A DNA stretch of 64,000 nt from Smithellaceae bacterium (lineage in GTDB: Bacteria > Desulfobacterota > Syntrophia > Syntrophales > Smithellaceae). A program made the position numbers and the translations under genes. The notes under the pieces were generated by a model, which did no database searches, was not told where the DNA came from, and saw nothing but the letters and a program-made list of their open reading frames with translations. Where the stretch lies: contig CAXXVL010000002.1 in the NCBI GenBank assembly GCA_963667845.2, positions 2,528,001 through 2,592,000 on the forward strand, read 5' to 3'. Position 1 is the first letter of the stretch; every line of letters starts with the position of its first letter. Below, piece after piece: positions 49,533-58,963 of this stretch.

Positions 49533-52244
49533 CTACAGCATAATTGCAATGTCGCTGATCGGATAGGTAACGCAGGGATGAATGTAGCCGAATCTCATGT
49601 CCGATTTGCGCAACAGTTCGGACCCGGGATGGAATACCTTGCCGGACATAAGTTTCGTGCGGCAGGCGCTGCATTCGCCGCCGCGGCACAAAGACGGCAC
49701 CGTGACGCCCGCTCGTTCCAGAGCGACAAGAACGGTTTCGCAGGCTTTTGCGGCAAGCTTGCGGCCATCCGGAAGCGTTACGGTAAATTTGTCTTTGCCG
49801 CCGATGCTGTCAGGCCAGCCCGGCAGTTTCGTCGGATCATCGGGCGCCGTCTGGACCTCGCGGCGGATCTGCCGTTCCGGAACCCCCAGCTTTTGCAGCT
49901 CGGGCAGGACAAAATCATACATGGCGGCGGGACCAGAGAGAAAGAATGTGCACTTTGCGACGTCTCCCGCGACATCCTTGATGATGTCCGCCGTGATGAA
50001 GCCCTGACGTTCGCGGCAGTCTGCACCGGGCTCTGAAATGACAGGATGCATCTTGAAGAGTTCTTCTTTTGCAAGCTTGCGCAGCTTCGATTCAAAAAGG
50101 ATATCCTTCTGATTGGCACAGCCGTAGATCAGATCGATCTGATTGCTGCGGCTTAGTTTGTCGAAATCGGTCTGCAGCATACTCATAAAGGGGGTGATGC
50201 CCGAGCCGCCGGCGATGAAAACCAGTCGTTTGCCGTGGACGGCGTCTATCCGGTAGAAATGGCCGGCCGGGCCGGAACTGGTCAACAGATTGCCGACCTT
50301 CAACTTCTTGAGCAGATAGTCCGAAACGAATCCATTTTTGACTTTCCTCACAGTGATTTCATAGTATGCGCGCTCGGTGGCGGGCGAGGAAATACTGTAT
50401 GGCCGGCTGGTGCGGATGCCTTTGATCTCCACGTTCAGATTGATGTACTGGCCGGGAACAAACGGCGGAAGATATCCGCCCACAGGCGCAAGACGGATCG
50501 TTTTGGCGCTTTGAGTCTCTTTCCGGATCTCCGTCACCCGGTATTCGAGGCTCTTCGGGTGAATAACGTCCAGCGCCCGCTTGATGCCGCCGCGGTTGCA
50601 CCGGTGATCGAGATTGTAGCGCTTGCCGATTTCAATTTCTTTTTGAATCGAATCCAGACCGGCCAGTCCTGCAAATTCAGTGGGGGCTCTTTGTTCCCGG
50701 CCTGTCTGATCTTTCAGGATCAGCTTTGCCGCCGAATATCCGGAGGTAAGGGTTGTGTTGAAACCGCCGAAGAGCAGCGATGCGCCGCAGAAATAAAGTC
50801 CCTTGATGGGCGAACGGGGCTGCATCTTGTTGGCGATGAGATCCTTGAAATACGCGTCCACGCCGTAAATGCTGCCGCCGGGCGAGTTGATGTAGCGCAT
50901 CAGCGTAAGCGGGGTGAAGGCTTCCATCTCTTCGATGTGTCCGCGGATATTCGGATGAAACTGATACAGGAAGTCCAGGAGTTTTTCGGCGTATTCCATT
51001 TTTGCGTCGTGATATTTTTCGGGTGGCAGGTTGATCCACGCATCGGCCATCTGGCTGGAAAGAATCGTGAGGACGCTGGTTCCTGTTGCACTACTGTCGG
51101 GATCATCGATGTTATAGCACGACATATACCCGCCGGGGATGACCTGGGTCTGGCGCAGCCCCACATCATAGCGCATCCGCGGCGAGTTGAGCGGCGCGGC
51201 CATGAAGCTTGTGGCGTGTTTGATGCCGGCTTCTTCAGGAGTGCAGTTGAGGCCGATGAAAAGTCCGAAAGACGACATGCTGGGGGTGGAGACGCGCAGA
51301 TCCGCAAACACGCTTTCGGGAACGTGTTGTTCGTCGATCATATCCACGTAAACATTGATCCGGTTGGCATTGCAAAGGACCGTGTCCGCCCGCAAGATAT
51401 CGCCCGCATCCGTCAGAACACCTCTGACCAAACCGTCTTCCACCAGAATTTTTTCCACGGCGGTGTTAAATTTGATGGTGCCGCCCGAGGCCAGAAATTC
51501 ATCAGCGATGGCGCTGGACATGGCCTGGGAGCCGCCCTTCACATAGCAGGTTCCTTCGCCGCGCGCATACAGGGCGGCCAGGGCCACAAAAGGAACGCGA
51601 TCGACGGGCATGCCCAGGTAGCCGAAGAGCGCCCGGTACACGCCCTTCACCATCGGGTTTTTAAAATATCGATCCAGCATTTCCTTGCCGGTTTTGGCGC
51701 CGTATTCAAAGATCAGGGGAGCCTTCTCCCGCGTCAGCGGTTCGTCCTGGGCGATGCTTTCGTACAGCAGGCCCGACTCTTCGCCGATTTTATCCACCAG
51801 GGTCTGATAATCGCGGATTGCGTCGGCGCTGTCCGGAGCGAGCTCCTGAAGCTTTTGCACGAAGCCGTCATGGGAGCCGGGCAGCACGATTTCACCCACG
51901 CCCGGAATCGCCAGGCGGAAAGCGTCTTTTTGCAAAACGAAATCGATTTTATTCCAGACGTTCAGTTCCTCGAAGATTCTGCGCAGAAAACCTTTTTCAC
52001 CGCGGTAGTTGTTGCTGATGTCGTAGAGCTGGTGCAGCGCCACTTCAAATTCGAAGCGGCCGCGCCGGAAGGTCGTGCCGCAGCCGCCGGGGATGTTGTG
52101 CCTCTCCAGCAAAAGGACTTTTTTCCCGGCCTTGCTCAGCGTGAGAGCTCCGGTCAGTCCGCCGTTTCCCGCTCCGACAACGACAGCGTCAAAAACGGAA
52201 TCCTGTTTTACAATGGCTTTTTCTTTCGCATTCGGTGACGGCAT
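49533..52244 (-). CDS. Fusion: phytoene-desaturase-like FAD oxidoreductase + FNR-type reductase + 2Fe-2S ferredoxin
   Basis: VVGAGNGG..ERHNIPGG, FTPLT..RY..GGSIYG; RPYSISS, AGGSGITP; CRGGECSAC...C. Confidence 0.88.
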   Translation of the reverse strand: MPSPNAKEKAIVKQDSVFDAVVVGAGNGGLTGALTLSKAGKKVLLLERHNIPGGCGTTFRRGRFEFEVALHQLYDISNNYRGEKGFLRRIFEELNVWNKIDFVLQKDAFRLAIPGVGEIVLPGSHDGFVQKLQELAPDSADAIRDYQTLVDKIGEESGLLYESIAQDEPLTREKAPLIFEYGAKTGKEMLDRYFKNPMVKGVYRALFGYLGMPVDRVPFVALAALYARGEGTCYVKGGSQAMSSAIADEFLASGGTIKFNTAVEKILVEDGLVRGVLTDAGDILRADTVLCNANRINVYVDMIDEQHVPESVFADLRVSTPSMSSFGLFIGLNCTPEEAGIKHATSFMAAPLNSPRMRYDVGLRQTQVIPGGYMSCYNIDDPDSSATGTSVLTILSSQMADAWINLPPEKYHDAKMEYAEKLLDFLYQFHPNIRGHIEEMEAFTPLTLMRYINSPGGSIYGVDAYFKDLIANKMQPRSPIKGLYFCGASLLFGGFNTTLTSGYSAAKLILKDQTGREQRAPTEFAGLAGLDSIQKEIEIGKRYNLDHRCNRGGIKRALDVIHPKSLEYRVTEIRKETQSAKTIRLAPVGGYLPPFVPGQYINLNVEIKGIRTSRPYSISSPATERAYYEITVRKVKNGFVSDYLLKKLKVGNLLTSSGPAGHFYRIDAVHGKRLVFIAGGSGITPFMSMLQTDFDKLSRSNQIDLIYGCANQKDILFESKLRKLAKEELFKMHPVISEPGADCRERQGFITADIIKDVAGDVAKCTFFLSGPAAMYDFVLPELQKLGVPERQIRREVQTAPDDPTKLPGWPDSIGGKDKFTVTLPDGRKLAAKACETVLVALERAGVTVPSLCRGGECSACRTKLMSGKVFHPGSELLRKSDMRFGYIHPCVTYPISDIAIML

Positions 52245-52369
52245 ATTCCCTCCTTGAAAGCTTTCTCTTATTTTATAATCGGTTTTTCGTTTGCTGCTTC
52301 ACGGTTTTGGTTACGGCCAGGTGGAACGCATCATCACACCTTTCCCGGTTCGATTTCCATCTTTTTTAT

Positions 52370-52385
52370 AGCGATTTGCGTGCCA
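52370..52385 (-). promoter_or_regulatory. Sigma54 -24/-12 promoter
   Basis: TGGCACGCAAATCGCT, divergent from a sigma54 activator. Confidence 0.72.
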
Positions 52386-52536
52386 TAATAAATTCCTTGT
52401 CATTTCAGAAGGTTCTTTATTTCGCTTCACCTGAATTGTCCTATAGTGCAATAAAAAATTGTCCCATGGAGCAATTCATGATAAAAACTGTCTCACCGCA
52501 TTCATCAAGGCGGCAGCTAACGGACGGGAGTCTATC

Positions 52537-54075
52537 ATGATCGATGAAAATGATTTTTTCCGGCAGGTCACCACGAGAGTCTGCGGATCGCTGGATATTC
52601 GAACGGCACTGTCGAGGGCATTTCAATATCTCAGGGAATTCATTCCGCTTGATGCCATGGGGCTCCATCTGTACGAACCGGAACTCAATGTGATGCGCAC
52701 TATTGCCCGCGTCAGCGCGTCCGGAAGCCATGTGATGGACAAGGTTACCCCTCTGCGAGGGAAGTTGAAAGAATTTCCGGAGGCCGTCAAAATCGTCAAC
52801 CATCCGGATCGCGATCTTCTGGTCAAAACGATGATCCGCCATGGAAAGCCTTCCGAATCTTCCGTGATGCTTTTGTACCTGATAATGGGGCACGACAGGG
52901 GAGGGGCCTTGTCGCTGCGGGCGGAAGGCAGGGAGAAATACAAAGCGCATCATGCAAAACTGCTGTCGCTCGTAGCCGAACCGTTCACCATTGCTCTGGA
53001 TAACGCGCTTAAGCATCGCGAGCTGTCCATTCTCAAAGACCGCCTGGCGGACGACAACCGCTACCTGCAGAAAGAATTGCGGGATATCTACGGCGATCAA
53101 ATCATCGGTGAGAACTCCGGATTGAAAGACATTATGGCGATGGTTCGGCAGGTGGCGCCGCTGACCAGTCCCGTCCTGCTTCTGGGAGAAACGGGAACCG
53201 GGAAAGACGTCATTGCCAATGCCATCCATTATTCCTCCCAGCGCCGGGGCGGCCCCTTCATCAAGGTGAATTGCGGCGCCATTCCCGATACGCTTTTGGA
53301 CAGCGAACTTTTCGGGCATGAAAAAGGTGCTTTCACCGGCGCCGACGCCCAGAAGAGGGGACGTTTCGAGCGCGCGCACGGCGGGACGATATTCCTGGAC
53401 GAAGTCGGAGAACTTCTTCCCCAGGCTCAGGTCCGGATGCTGCGTGTCCTGCAGGAAAAAGAGATTGAAAGGGTAGGCGGCACCAAGGTGATACCGGTGG
53501 ACATCCGGCTGATCACCGCCACCAACCGCAATCTGGAAGAGATGGCGCGCTCCAATCAGTTTCGCCGGGATTTGTGGTTTCGCCTGAACGTCTTTCCCAT
53601 TCTCATTCCGCCGCTCCGGGAGAGAAAGTCCGACATTCCCGAGTTTGTCGATTACTTCCTGGAGAAGAAATCCCGGGATATGAAGCTTTCGCGAAAGCCA
53701 AAGCTTGCCTCCGGAACCATCAACCGGCTGCTCGATTATGACTGGCCCGGTAATGTAAGAGAATTGGAAAACGTCGTCGAGCGCGCCCTGATCATGAACC
53801 GGGGGGAACCTCTGGTCTTCACCGATGCACTGATCCCGAAGAAAGCGGACAGGAGCAACCGTCCGCCGGGTACGGGTGAAGAATCAATAAACTTGGACGC
53901 GGTCGTTGCGAGTCACATCAGAAAAGTGCTTGCGTCGACGCGCGGCAGAGTCCACGGACCGGACGGCGCAGCGCAGTTGCTCGGCGTCAATCCCAGCACG
54001 CTGCGGAAGAGAATGTCGAAACTCGGAATTGGTTACGGAAGAAGTTTCAAGATGAAGCGGGAAGAAAAATCGTGA
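52537..54075 (+). CDS. Sigma54-dependent activator (GAF-AAA+-HTH), paralog of 36716..38242
   Basis: [11 protein letters not shown]..., [39 protein letters not shown] before ATG 52537. Confidence 0.95.
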   Translation: MIDENDFFRQVTTRVCGSLDIRTALSRAFQYLREFIPLDAMGLHLYEPELNVMRTIARVSASGSHVMDKVTPLRGKLKEFPEAVKIVNHPDRDLLVKTMIRHGKPSESSVMLLYLIMGHDRGGALSLRAEGREKYKAHHAKLLSLVAEPFTIALDNALKHRELSILKDRLADDNRYLQKELRDIYGDQIIGENSGLKDIMAMVRQVAPLTSPVLLLGETGTGKDVIANAIHYSSQRRGGPFIKVNCGAIPDTLLDSELFGHEKGAFTGADAQKRGRFERAHGGTIFLDEVGELLPQAQVRMLRVLQEKEIERVGGTKVIPVDIRLITATNRNLEEMARSNQFRRDLWFRLNVFPILIPPLRERKSDIPEFVDYFLEKKSRDMKLSRKPKLASGTINRLLDYDWPGNVRELENVVERALIMNRGEPLVFTDALIPKKADRSNRPPGTGEESINLDAVVASHIRKVLASTRGRVHGPDGAAQLLGVNPSTLRKRMSKLGIGYGRSFKMKREEKS

Positions 54076-54254
54076 TTCCGCCACGAAGGGTTTTGAGGCG
54101 ACTGCACGCGATTCCGCAAAATAATCAGAGCTGCACCAAAAAGAGATTTGATCCCGCTGAGCTTTTGGTGTCCCCCGCTCGCGGGGGCGTTAGTCCGGCG
54201 CATGCTGGATGGCGCCCGGCATGCGCCAGGTAAACCCCACGCCGTAGGTGGGTA

Positions 54255-54656
54255 GTAGCAGTCACACCAGGGCATCCGGCATACGCCGGAGTTCCTGCCC
54301 TTCGCTCAATGTCCTCGACTGTGGAGCTAAGTTTGCTACGCAACAGCCGAAAACTCATCCGGGCGGGCTCAGACAGTTCGGCCGTCTGACGCTACGCCGC
54401 GCCAAGCGCCACAACGTCTCAGCCATGATTCGCGAAGTCACACCCCGGTGCAACTGCGGAATGTTCGAGATACTTAAATACTTTAGGGTGTCCCTCTCAG
54501 GCTCAGAAAACTCGCCCTTCGGGCTCAAACAGTTCGGCTGTCTGACGCTACGCCGCGCCAAGCGCCACAACGTCTCAGCCATGATTCGCGCAGTCACACC
54601 CCGGTGCAACTGCGGAGTGTTTGAGATACTTAAATACTTTAGGGTGACCCGTATTG
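54255..54656 (+). repeat. Repeat family B, left arm: outer segment plus two tandem ~150-bp units (54349-54494, 54506-54656)
   Basis: GAAAACTC...CAGTTCGG..TCTGACGCTACGCCGCGCCAAGCGCCACAACGTCTC...GAGATACTTAAATACTTTAGGGTG twice, period 157 bp. Confidence 0.92.
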
Positions 54657-54702
54657 GCCCCTTATTTAAGGGCGCCCACACCATTGGTCTTGGTCCCTGT
54701 GG

Positions 54703-57351
54703 CTAGAAAAGCTTCAATTGTTTTAGCTGAGTGAAAATTGATAATACAATCTCAAGCCGCGCGCCAAAACGTTTTCCTGTTATTTTTGCACGGATAATGT
54801 TACCTGACTCTGCATCGATGACTGTTTCGGGTGTTTCGGCGGACCAGCTATCACCTATTGTTGGAATCACAATACGTAAAATTACTTCTGATGCTGCTTG
54901 GTGTTCTCTCCTATCAGTCCATTTCTCTATCCCATGGCTAAGTTCAAATAATTCAGGCATAGATATTGATGTATTTGTTAAATTATCAATCGCATCGGGC
55001 GTGTCGAATAAAGATACACCAGCTTTTTCCATTTTTTTTGCAGGAAAAGGATTTTGAGTTTCTAAAAGAACGACTCCTTCCTTGAAACCTCCTGCCTTAT
55101 CGCGCTTTCTGTCTTGATGTTGTTTCAATTCTTCGCGGCTTACATTGAGTAAAGAAAGAATTCCATCTACAACTTCACTCACATCTGCTAATTCGCCAAT
55201 TATTGAATCTTTATCAGCAGCATCCAAAGTTTCAAAAGATTCTTCGATCAATTTTTCTTGTAAAGCCTTTAGAAAGTAATCACCTGAAAGGAGTGTTTTC
55301 CTGACAGTCTCGCCACCTTTTTCAATATTTGTGGGAACTTTGTCTCGGACTAATTTGTAGAATTCCTGTTTATCTTCAAAATCCTCAAATGGTAATAGTA
55401 CCTCAACAATAGCCTTTGTTTGCATTAACTGGTAATATGCATGGGAGAGTATGCCTCCTTCAAGAAGGATGATAGCATCGATTTCATGTGCAAGCGCGCC
55501 AATTGTTCGTAGGGTATCTTTATCCCTTAGGAGCTTATCTTCAAGTGGTTGAATCCTAATTCGTCGCACTCTAGATTTACCTCGTGCAACTTCTTCTTTT
55601 AGTACCTCTATGTCAGCACTTGTTTTAATATTGAGAGATTCGTCAAAAGGTGTCTTTTTACGATGTGATGGTGCTCTACTATTGATTTTTGAGTCATAGA
55701 TTTCATGATGCCATGGGAAAACCGGACGACTACAAACACTGGGTGGCACACCAACAAACCACATTATACTGAGTGGTTGCTTTTCTTCTTCTGCAATTCG
55801 CCGCGACTCCAAGGCTATTTCTTTAACCCATTCCTGATTTGAAATAGACCCATGCCAATCATAAGGTGGTTTTAAAATTTGTGGGACCCAACATCCGTTG
55901 ATATCAGGTGAAACGAAAAAATGTTTAAATCTTAACTTTTCTGATACTTCAAATCGAATCATGTCAGCTGCAGTTAATTGCTTGCCTTTTGGTGTTTGAG
56001 TATCAACAATATATTTATCATGAGCATTATAATACAATCCCTCTGGTAACCCCCACAAAGCTTCAATAAGCACTTTCCTTTGTCCTGGGGCGGCATAAGC
56101 AAAAGCTGAAGATACAGCAGGTACAAAATTGTGAAATATGAAAGCCACATTATTCTTTGTTTTACATTTAATCCATATGCAGCTTTGCTCCTTTATCCAC
56201 GTTAAAGCGCTGTCGAGAGAACGAACTTCATTCCGTGGCAGCATTTGTCGACTGGCAATATCATCAGTGTCAATATCCATGCGGATAACCAAAGGACTTT
56301 TAACAAGTTGAAAAATATCTTCTTCCAATTCTGTGGGAATGATACCCGATGCGATACTCTGTATTATGGATTGGTCATCTAAAATATAAAGTCGTGTGAC
56401 TGGCAAGCCTAGGTTCATATATGTTATGACATTATTAATTTTGCTATATCGACATGCATCTGTTTCATCAACTATTTTGATACATTTTGGCCTAAATGTG
56501 TTTGGCAAAGATGATTTAATTAGGCAAACTTTAGTCGGGTCCACGCCAATTGATTCACTCTCTTGATCCGCCTGCACTATAAAAATTTGATGTCCATCCC
56601 ATATCCATTCCATATGAAGTCTAATCTTACTTTGATAAGTCCACGTTGCAGGAATCTCGAGGATCGCAGAGACAAGCGCAGATATGTTACAATCAAGTGG
56701 CCTATTTATATAATTGCTTACAACTATCTTCTTTCTCCAGTTGCGCAGATTAATATTAAAATGATTGCCACTATTCCTATTATCTATGTTTTCATATACA
56801 CCAAGCCAATCTCTACTCTCTTTAGAAAATCTACGTTCATTTGATAAATGACCTCTCGCAGATATCGGCAATACATACTGCTGAATGACAAGTGGTATCC
56901 TTTGGTCGCATAAATCAACATCAGTGGCCAGTTTGTGAAGGCATTCAGATAATGGTTGGACAATGTTTATTAATGTTCCATCAACGGAACAGAATTTCCC
57001 TCTTTCATTTAGGCCTTCCATGCAGCCTGAGGAACGAACTATAATTCGATCATTATTCACAATGCCGATGGATAATAACGCTTTAATTATTCTTATTGCC
57101 CATTGCCTTATCAGATTTGTTTTCTCTTCTTCGTTAGAATTTCTGTATAGAAGTAGCATATCGCTTGAAACAACGATAAACGGGAGAGTCCAAGCTTTTG
57201 GTAGACTGCATAAACCAAAAGCTTTTACGCCAACTTGATCAATGGTTATATCTGTGACAGGAATTTCAAGAGTATTTTCTTCAGAAATAAAAAGAATGGG
57301 ATATAGTGGCTGTAATGATGGGCGAGAATTATTTCGTTTTTTTGCCATCAT
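54703..57351 (-). CDS. Fusion of PEP-synthase/PPDK-like ATP-grasp modules, phospho-His swivel and MazG-like NTP pyrophosphatase
   Basis: VGVKAFGL, IIVRSSG, LVIQQYV, MEWIWDG..FIVQ, IEALWGLPEG, LEGGILSHA, then KLVRDK..KLIEE..ELADVSEV..RKRDKAGGF. Confidence 0.75.
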   Translation of the reverse strand: MMAKKRNNSRPSLQPLYPILFISEENTLEIPVTDITIDQVGVKAFGLCSLPKAWTLPFIVVSSDMLLLYRNSNEEEKTNLIRQWAIRIIKALLSIGIVNNDRIIVRSSGCMEGLNERGKFCSVDGTLINIVQPLSECLHKLATDVDLCDQRIPLVIQQYVLPISARGHLSNERRFSKESRDWLGVYENIDNRNSGNHFNINLRNWRKKIVVSNYINRPLDCNISALVSAILEIPATWTYQSKIRLHMEWIWDGHQIFIVQADQESESIGVDPTKVCLIKSSLPNTFRPKCIKIVDETDACRYSKINNVITYMNLGLPVTRLYILDDQSIIQSIASGIIPTELEEDIFQLVKSPLVIRMDIDTDDIASRQMLPRNEVRSLDSALTWIKEQSCIWIKCKTKNNVAFIFHNFVPAVSSAFAYAAPGQRKVLIEALWGLPEGLYYNAHDKYIVDTQTPKGKQLTAADMIRFEVSEKLRFKHFFVSPDINGCWVPQILKPPYDWHGSISNQEWVKEIALESRRIAEEEKQPLSIMWFVGVPPSVCSRPVFPWHHEIYDSKINSRAPSHRKKTPFDESLNIKTSADIEVLKEEVARGKSRVRRIRIQPLEDKLLRDKDTLRTIGALAHEIDAIILLEGGILSHAYYQLMQTKAIVEVLLPFEDFEDKQEFYKLVRDKVPTNIEKGGETVRKTLLSGDYFLKALQEKLIEESFETLDAADKDSIIGELADVSEVVDGILSLLNVSREELKQHQDRKRDKAGGFKEGVVLLETQNPFPAKKMEKAGVSLFDTPDAIDNLTNTSISMPELFELSHGIEKWTDRREHQAASEVILRIVIPTIGDSWSAETPETVIDAESGNIIRAKITGKRFGARLEIVLSIFTQLKQLKLF

Positions 57352-57979
57352 CAGCCTTTGGTGAACTGCTTTTTCCAAAGAGTACGTTTGCTATTTCATA
57401 CATTTTTCCTACAGCATCATCAGCGAAATAGCCTGATAGGAAGCCTATCGAAACAGTTGCCGTGATCGATAAAGGTTTAGGCGCTGATAAAAAGCTGGCA
57501 TCAATCATAGCACCTATGACAAGCGCAATTGGCATTGCTATAAGTGGTGAAAATAGCCGCCAAAATCTTCTGTCCTGATGCCAATACCCTCTGGCGACAA
57601 CACGATAAAAATATTTAATCCCGAAAACAGAGCCGCCAAGTAGACCAGATACAGCATATAGTGCAAATTTATTTATTTTAAAAGATTCTGCATTCAGAAA
57701 CGGGAGTGTTGCATCAATACATCCTAGGCAAGAAAAGATAAATGAAAATAATAATAATATAAAAAGGTAAAATGCCTCACAACGTATTTCTTTTCTAGCA
57801 ATAGGCGGATAACAAGAAGTCCAATTATAAGGTTGCCTGCCATCCGTTGGATCGCCGGTTCCAACATTCGGTCCTGCAACCATATCTTCATTCGCACAAT
57901 TTATTGTGCAGGATTGATCCAAATTGTTTGCTTCGTGAAAATTTTCAGCTATGTGATTTTTTTTATCGTCAATAGTCAA
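57329..57979 (-). CDS. Four-TM membrane protein
   Basis: Four hydrophobic segments; SGLLGG, LFSP, GFLSGYF..DA..K; TTG start after AAGGA; stop overlaps next gene. Confidence 0.75.
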   Translation of the reverse strand: MTIDDKKNHIAENFHEANNLDQSCTINCANEDMVAGPNVGTGDPTDGRQPYNWTSCYPPIARKEIRCEAFYLFILLLFSFIFSCLGCIDATLPFLNAESFKINKFALYAVSGLLGGSVFGIKYFYRVVARGYWHQDRRFWRLFSPLIAMPIALVIGAMIDASFLSAPKPLSITATVSIGFLSGYFADDAVGKMYEIANVLFGKSSSPKADDGKKTK

Positions 57980-58011
57980 AATATTTTCCTTACGAATAGT
58001 AAATAGAAAAC

Positions 58012-58647
58012 TTAAGCAGCTAAATTAGCTAGCACCTTTCTCGTATGCATAGCAACATCCAGCTGAGGAAATCGTTTGTAATCAGATATGTCAATGCGTC
58101 CAAGATTTTTTGCGATCAGTTGACGAAAGAATTGAGATATTGGATATTCAAGAATATGGAGATAACCCATAGGATCTTGCCAAGTATTTGTTTTATGCAC
58201 GTCACTGTAAAATAAATATTCTCTTTTCTTTGACTTAGAAGATATTTCACTGGCATTGCATTGTAACCATTTCAGTCCAGATTGTTTAAGATCTGGCAGT
58301 AGTGAGCTACCCATAGGAACAAGATGAAGATGCGCATGGTCAGTGCCGCATGCTGTTATGGATCCTTCTCTATTTGCACCGTGTTCAAAAGCAATCAACG
58401 ACCCATACTTTTGAGTTAAAACGGGCAACAATGATTCAACGATGTTAGATAAAGCAACCTTACCATAGCTGCTTTGCATTGTGAGTTGGTGATTTTTGGG
58501 GATGATAAGCGTCCAGCCTTCTATTAATGCCCCGATTGATGCTATTGCAATGTATTCATCATTACTCGCGAAAGGTTCGTCTATTTCATTATATTGATAT
58601 TTACCATTAATAATGCCGCAAAACCTACAAGGACTGACATGTTCCAT
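58012..58647 (-). CDS. HIT-superfamily nucleotide hydrolase
   Basis: CRFC, GALIEGWTLIIPKNH, FEHG, CGTDHAHLHLVP (HxHxH triad). Confidence 0.82.
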   Translation of the reverse strand: MEHVSPCRFCGIINGKYQYNEIDEPFASNDEYIAIASIGALIEGWTLIIPKNHQLTMQSSYGKVALSNIVESLLPVLTQKYGSLIAFEHGANREGSITACGTDHAHLHLVPMGSSLLPDLKQSGLKWLQCNASEISSKSKKREYLFYSDVHKTNTWQDPMGYLHILEYPISQFFRQLIAKNLGRIDISDYKRFPQLDVAMHTRKVLANLAA

Positions 58648-58674
58648 TTCGTGACCATCCTTTTTAAAATAAAT

Positions 58675-58728
58675 GGTAGCAAAATTATCTTTTATCTTTT
58701 TGCTACCTTAATATAATATACTTGTCAA
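58675..58728 (-). promoter_or_regulatory. Inverted-repeat operator and TTGACA upstream of the HIT gene
   Basis: GGTAGCAAAA-N13-TTTTGCTACC; minus-strand TTGACA ~58723-58728. Confidence 0.55.
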
Positions 58729-58963
58729 CAAGCATATCGTGCCACACGACAATTCAAAGTCATGGTTTTATTAATATTATAACTAACAAATATTAACAAC
58801 AGCCCGGTTTATTAAAGACGTTATTGACCTCTTGAGCTATTTACTGGAACACAACATAAATGAGCATGCCACTAAAGTTCCTTTGATATTAGTTTATATT
58901 ACCAGAACTGCATTCATTTGTCATGCACCAAAATGATTTAAAGCTTTATATTTATGAAACTTT

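Noticed and set aside
54349..54656. Tandem repeats as a CRISPR array
   Set aside because: Units are ~150 bp with only ~11 nt between them, there are only two in tandem, and no cas genes are present.
54125..54706. ORFs 54125..54358, 54248..54706 and 54355..54684
   Set aside because: They are translations of repeat family B and its hairpins; the internal peptide duplication mirrors the DNA repeat.
58731..58744. Sigma54 promoter TGGCACGATATGCT in the island
   Set aside because: GG-to-GC spacing is 8 nt rather than the required 10.
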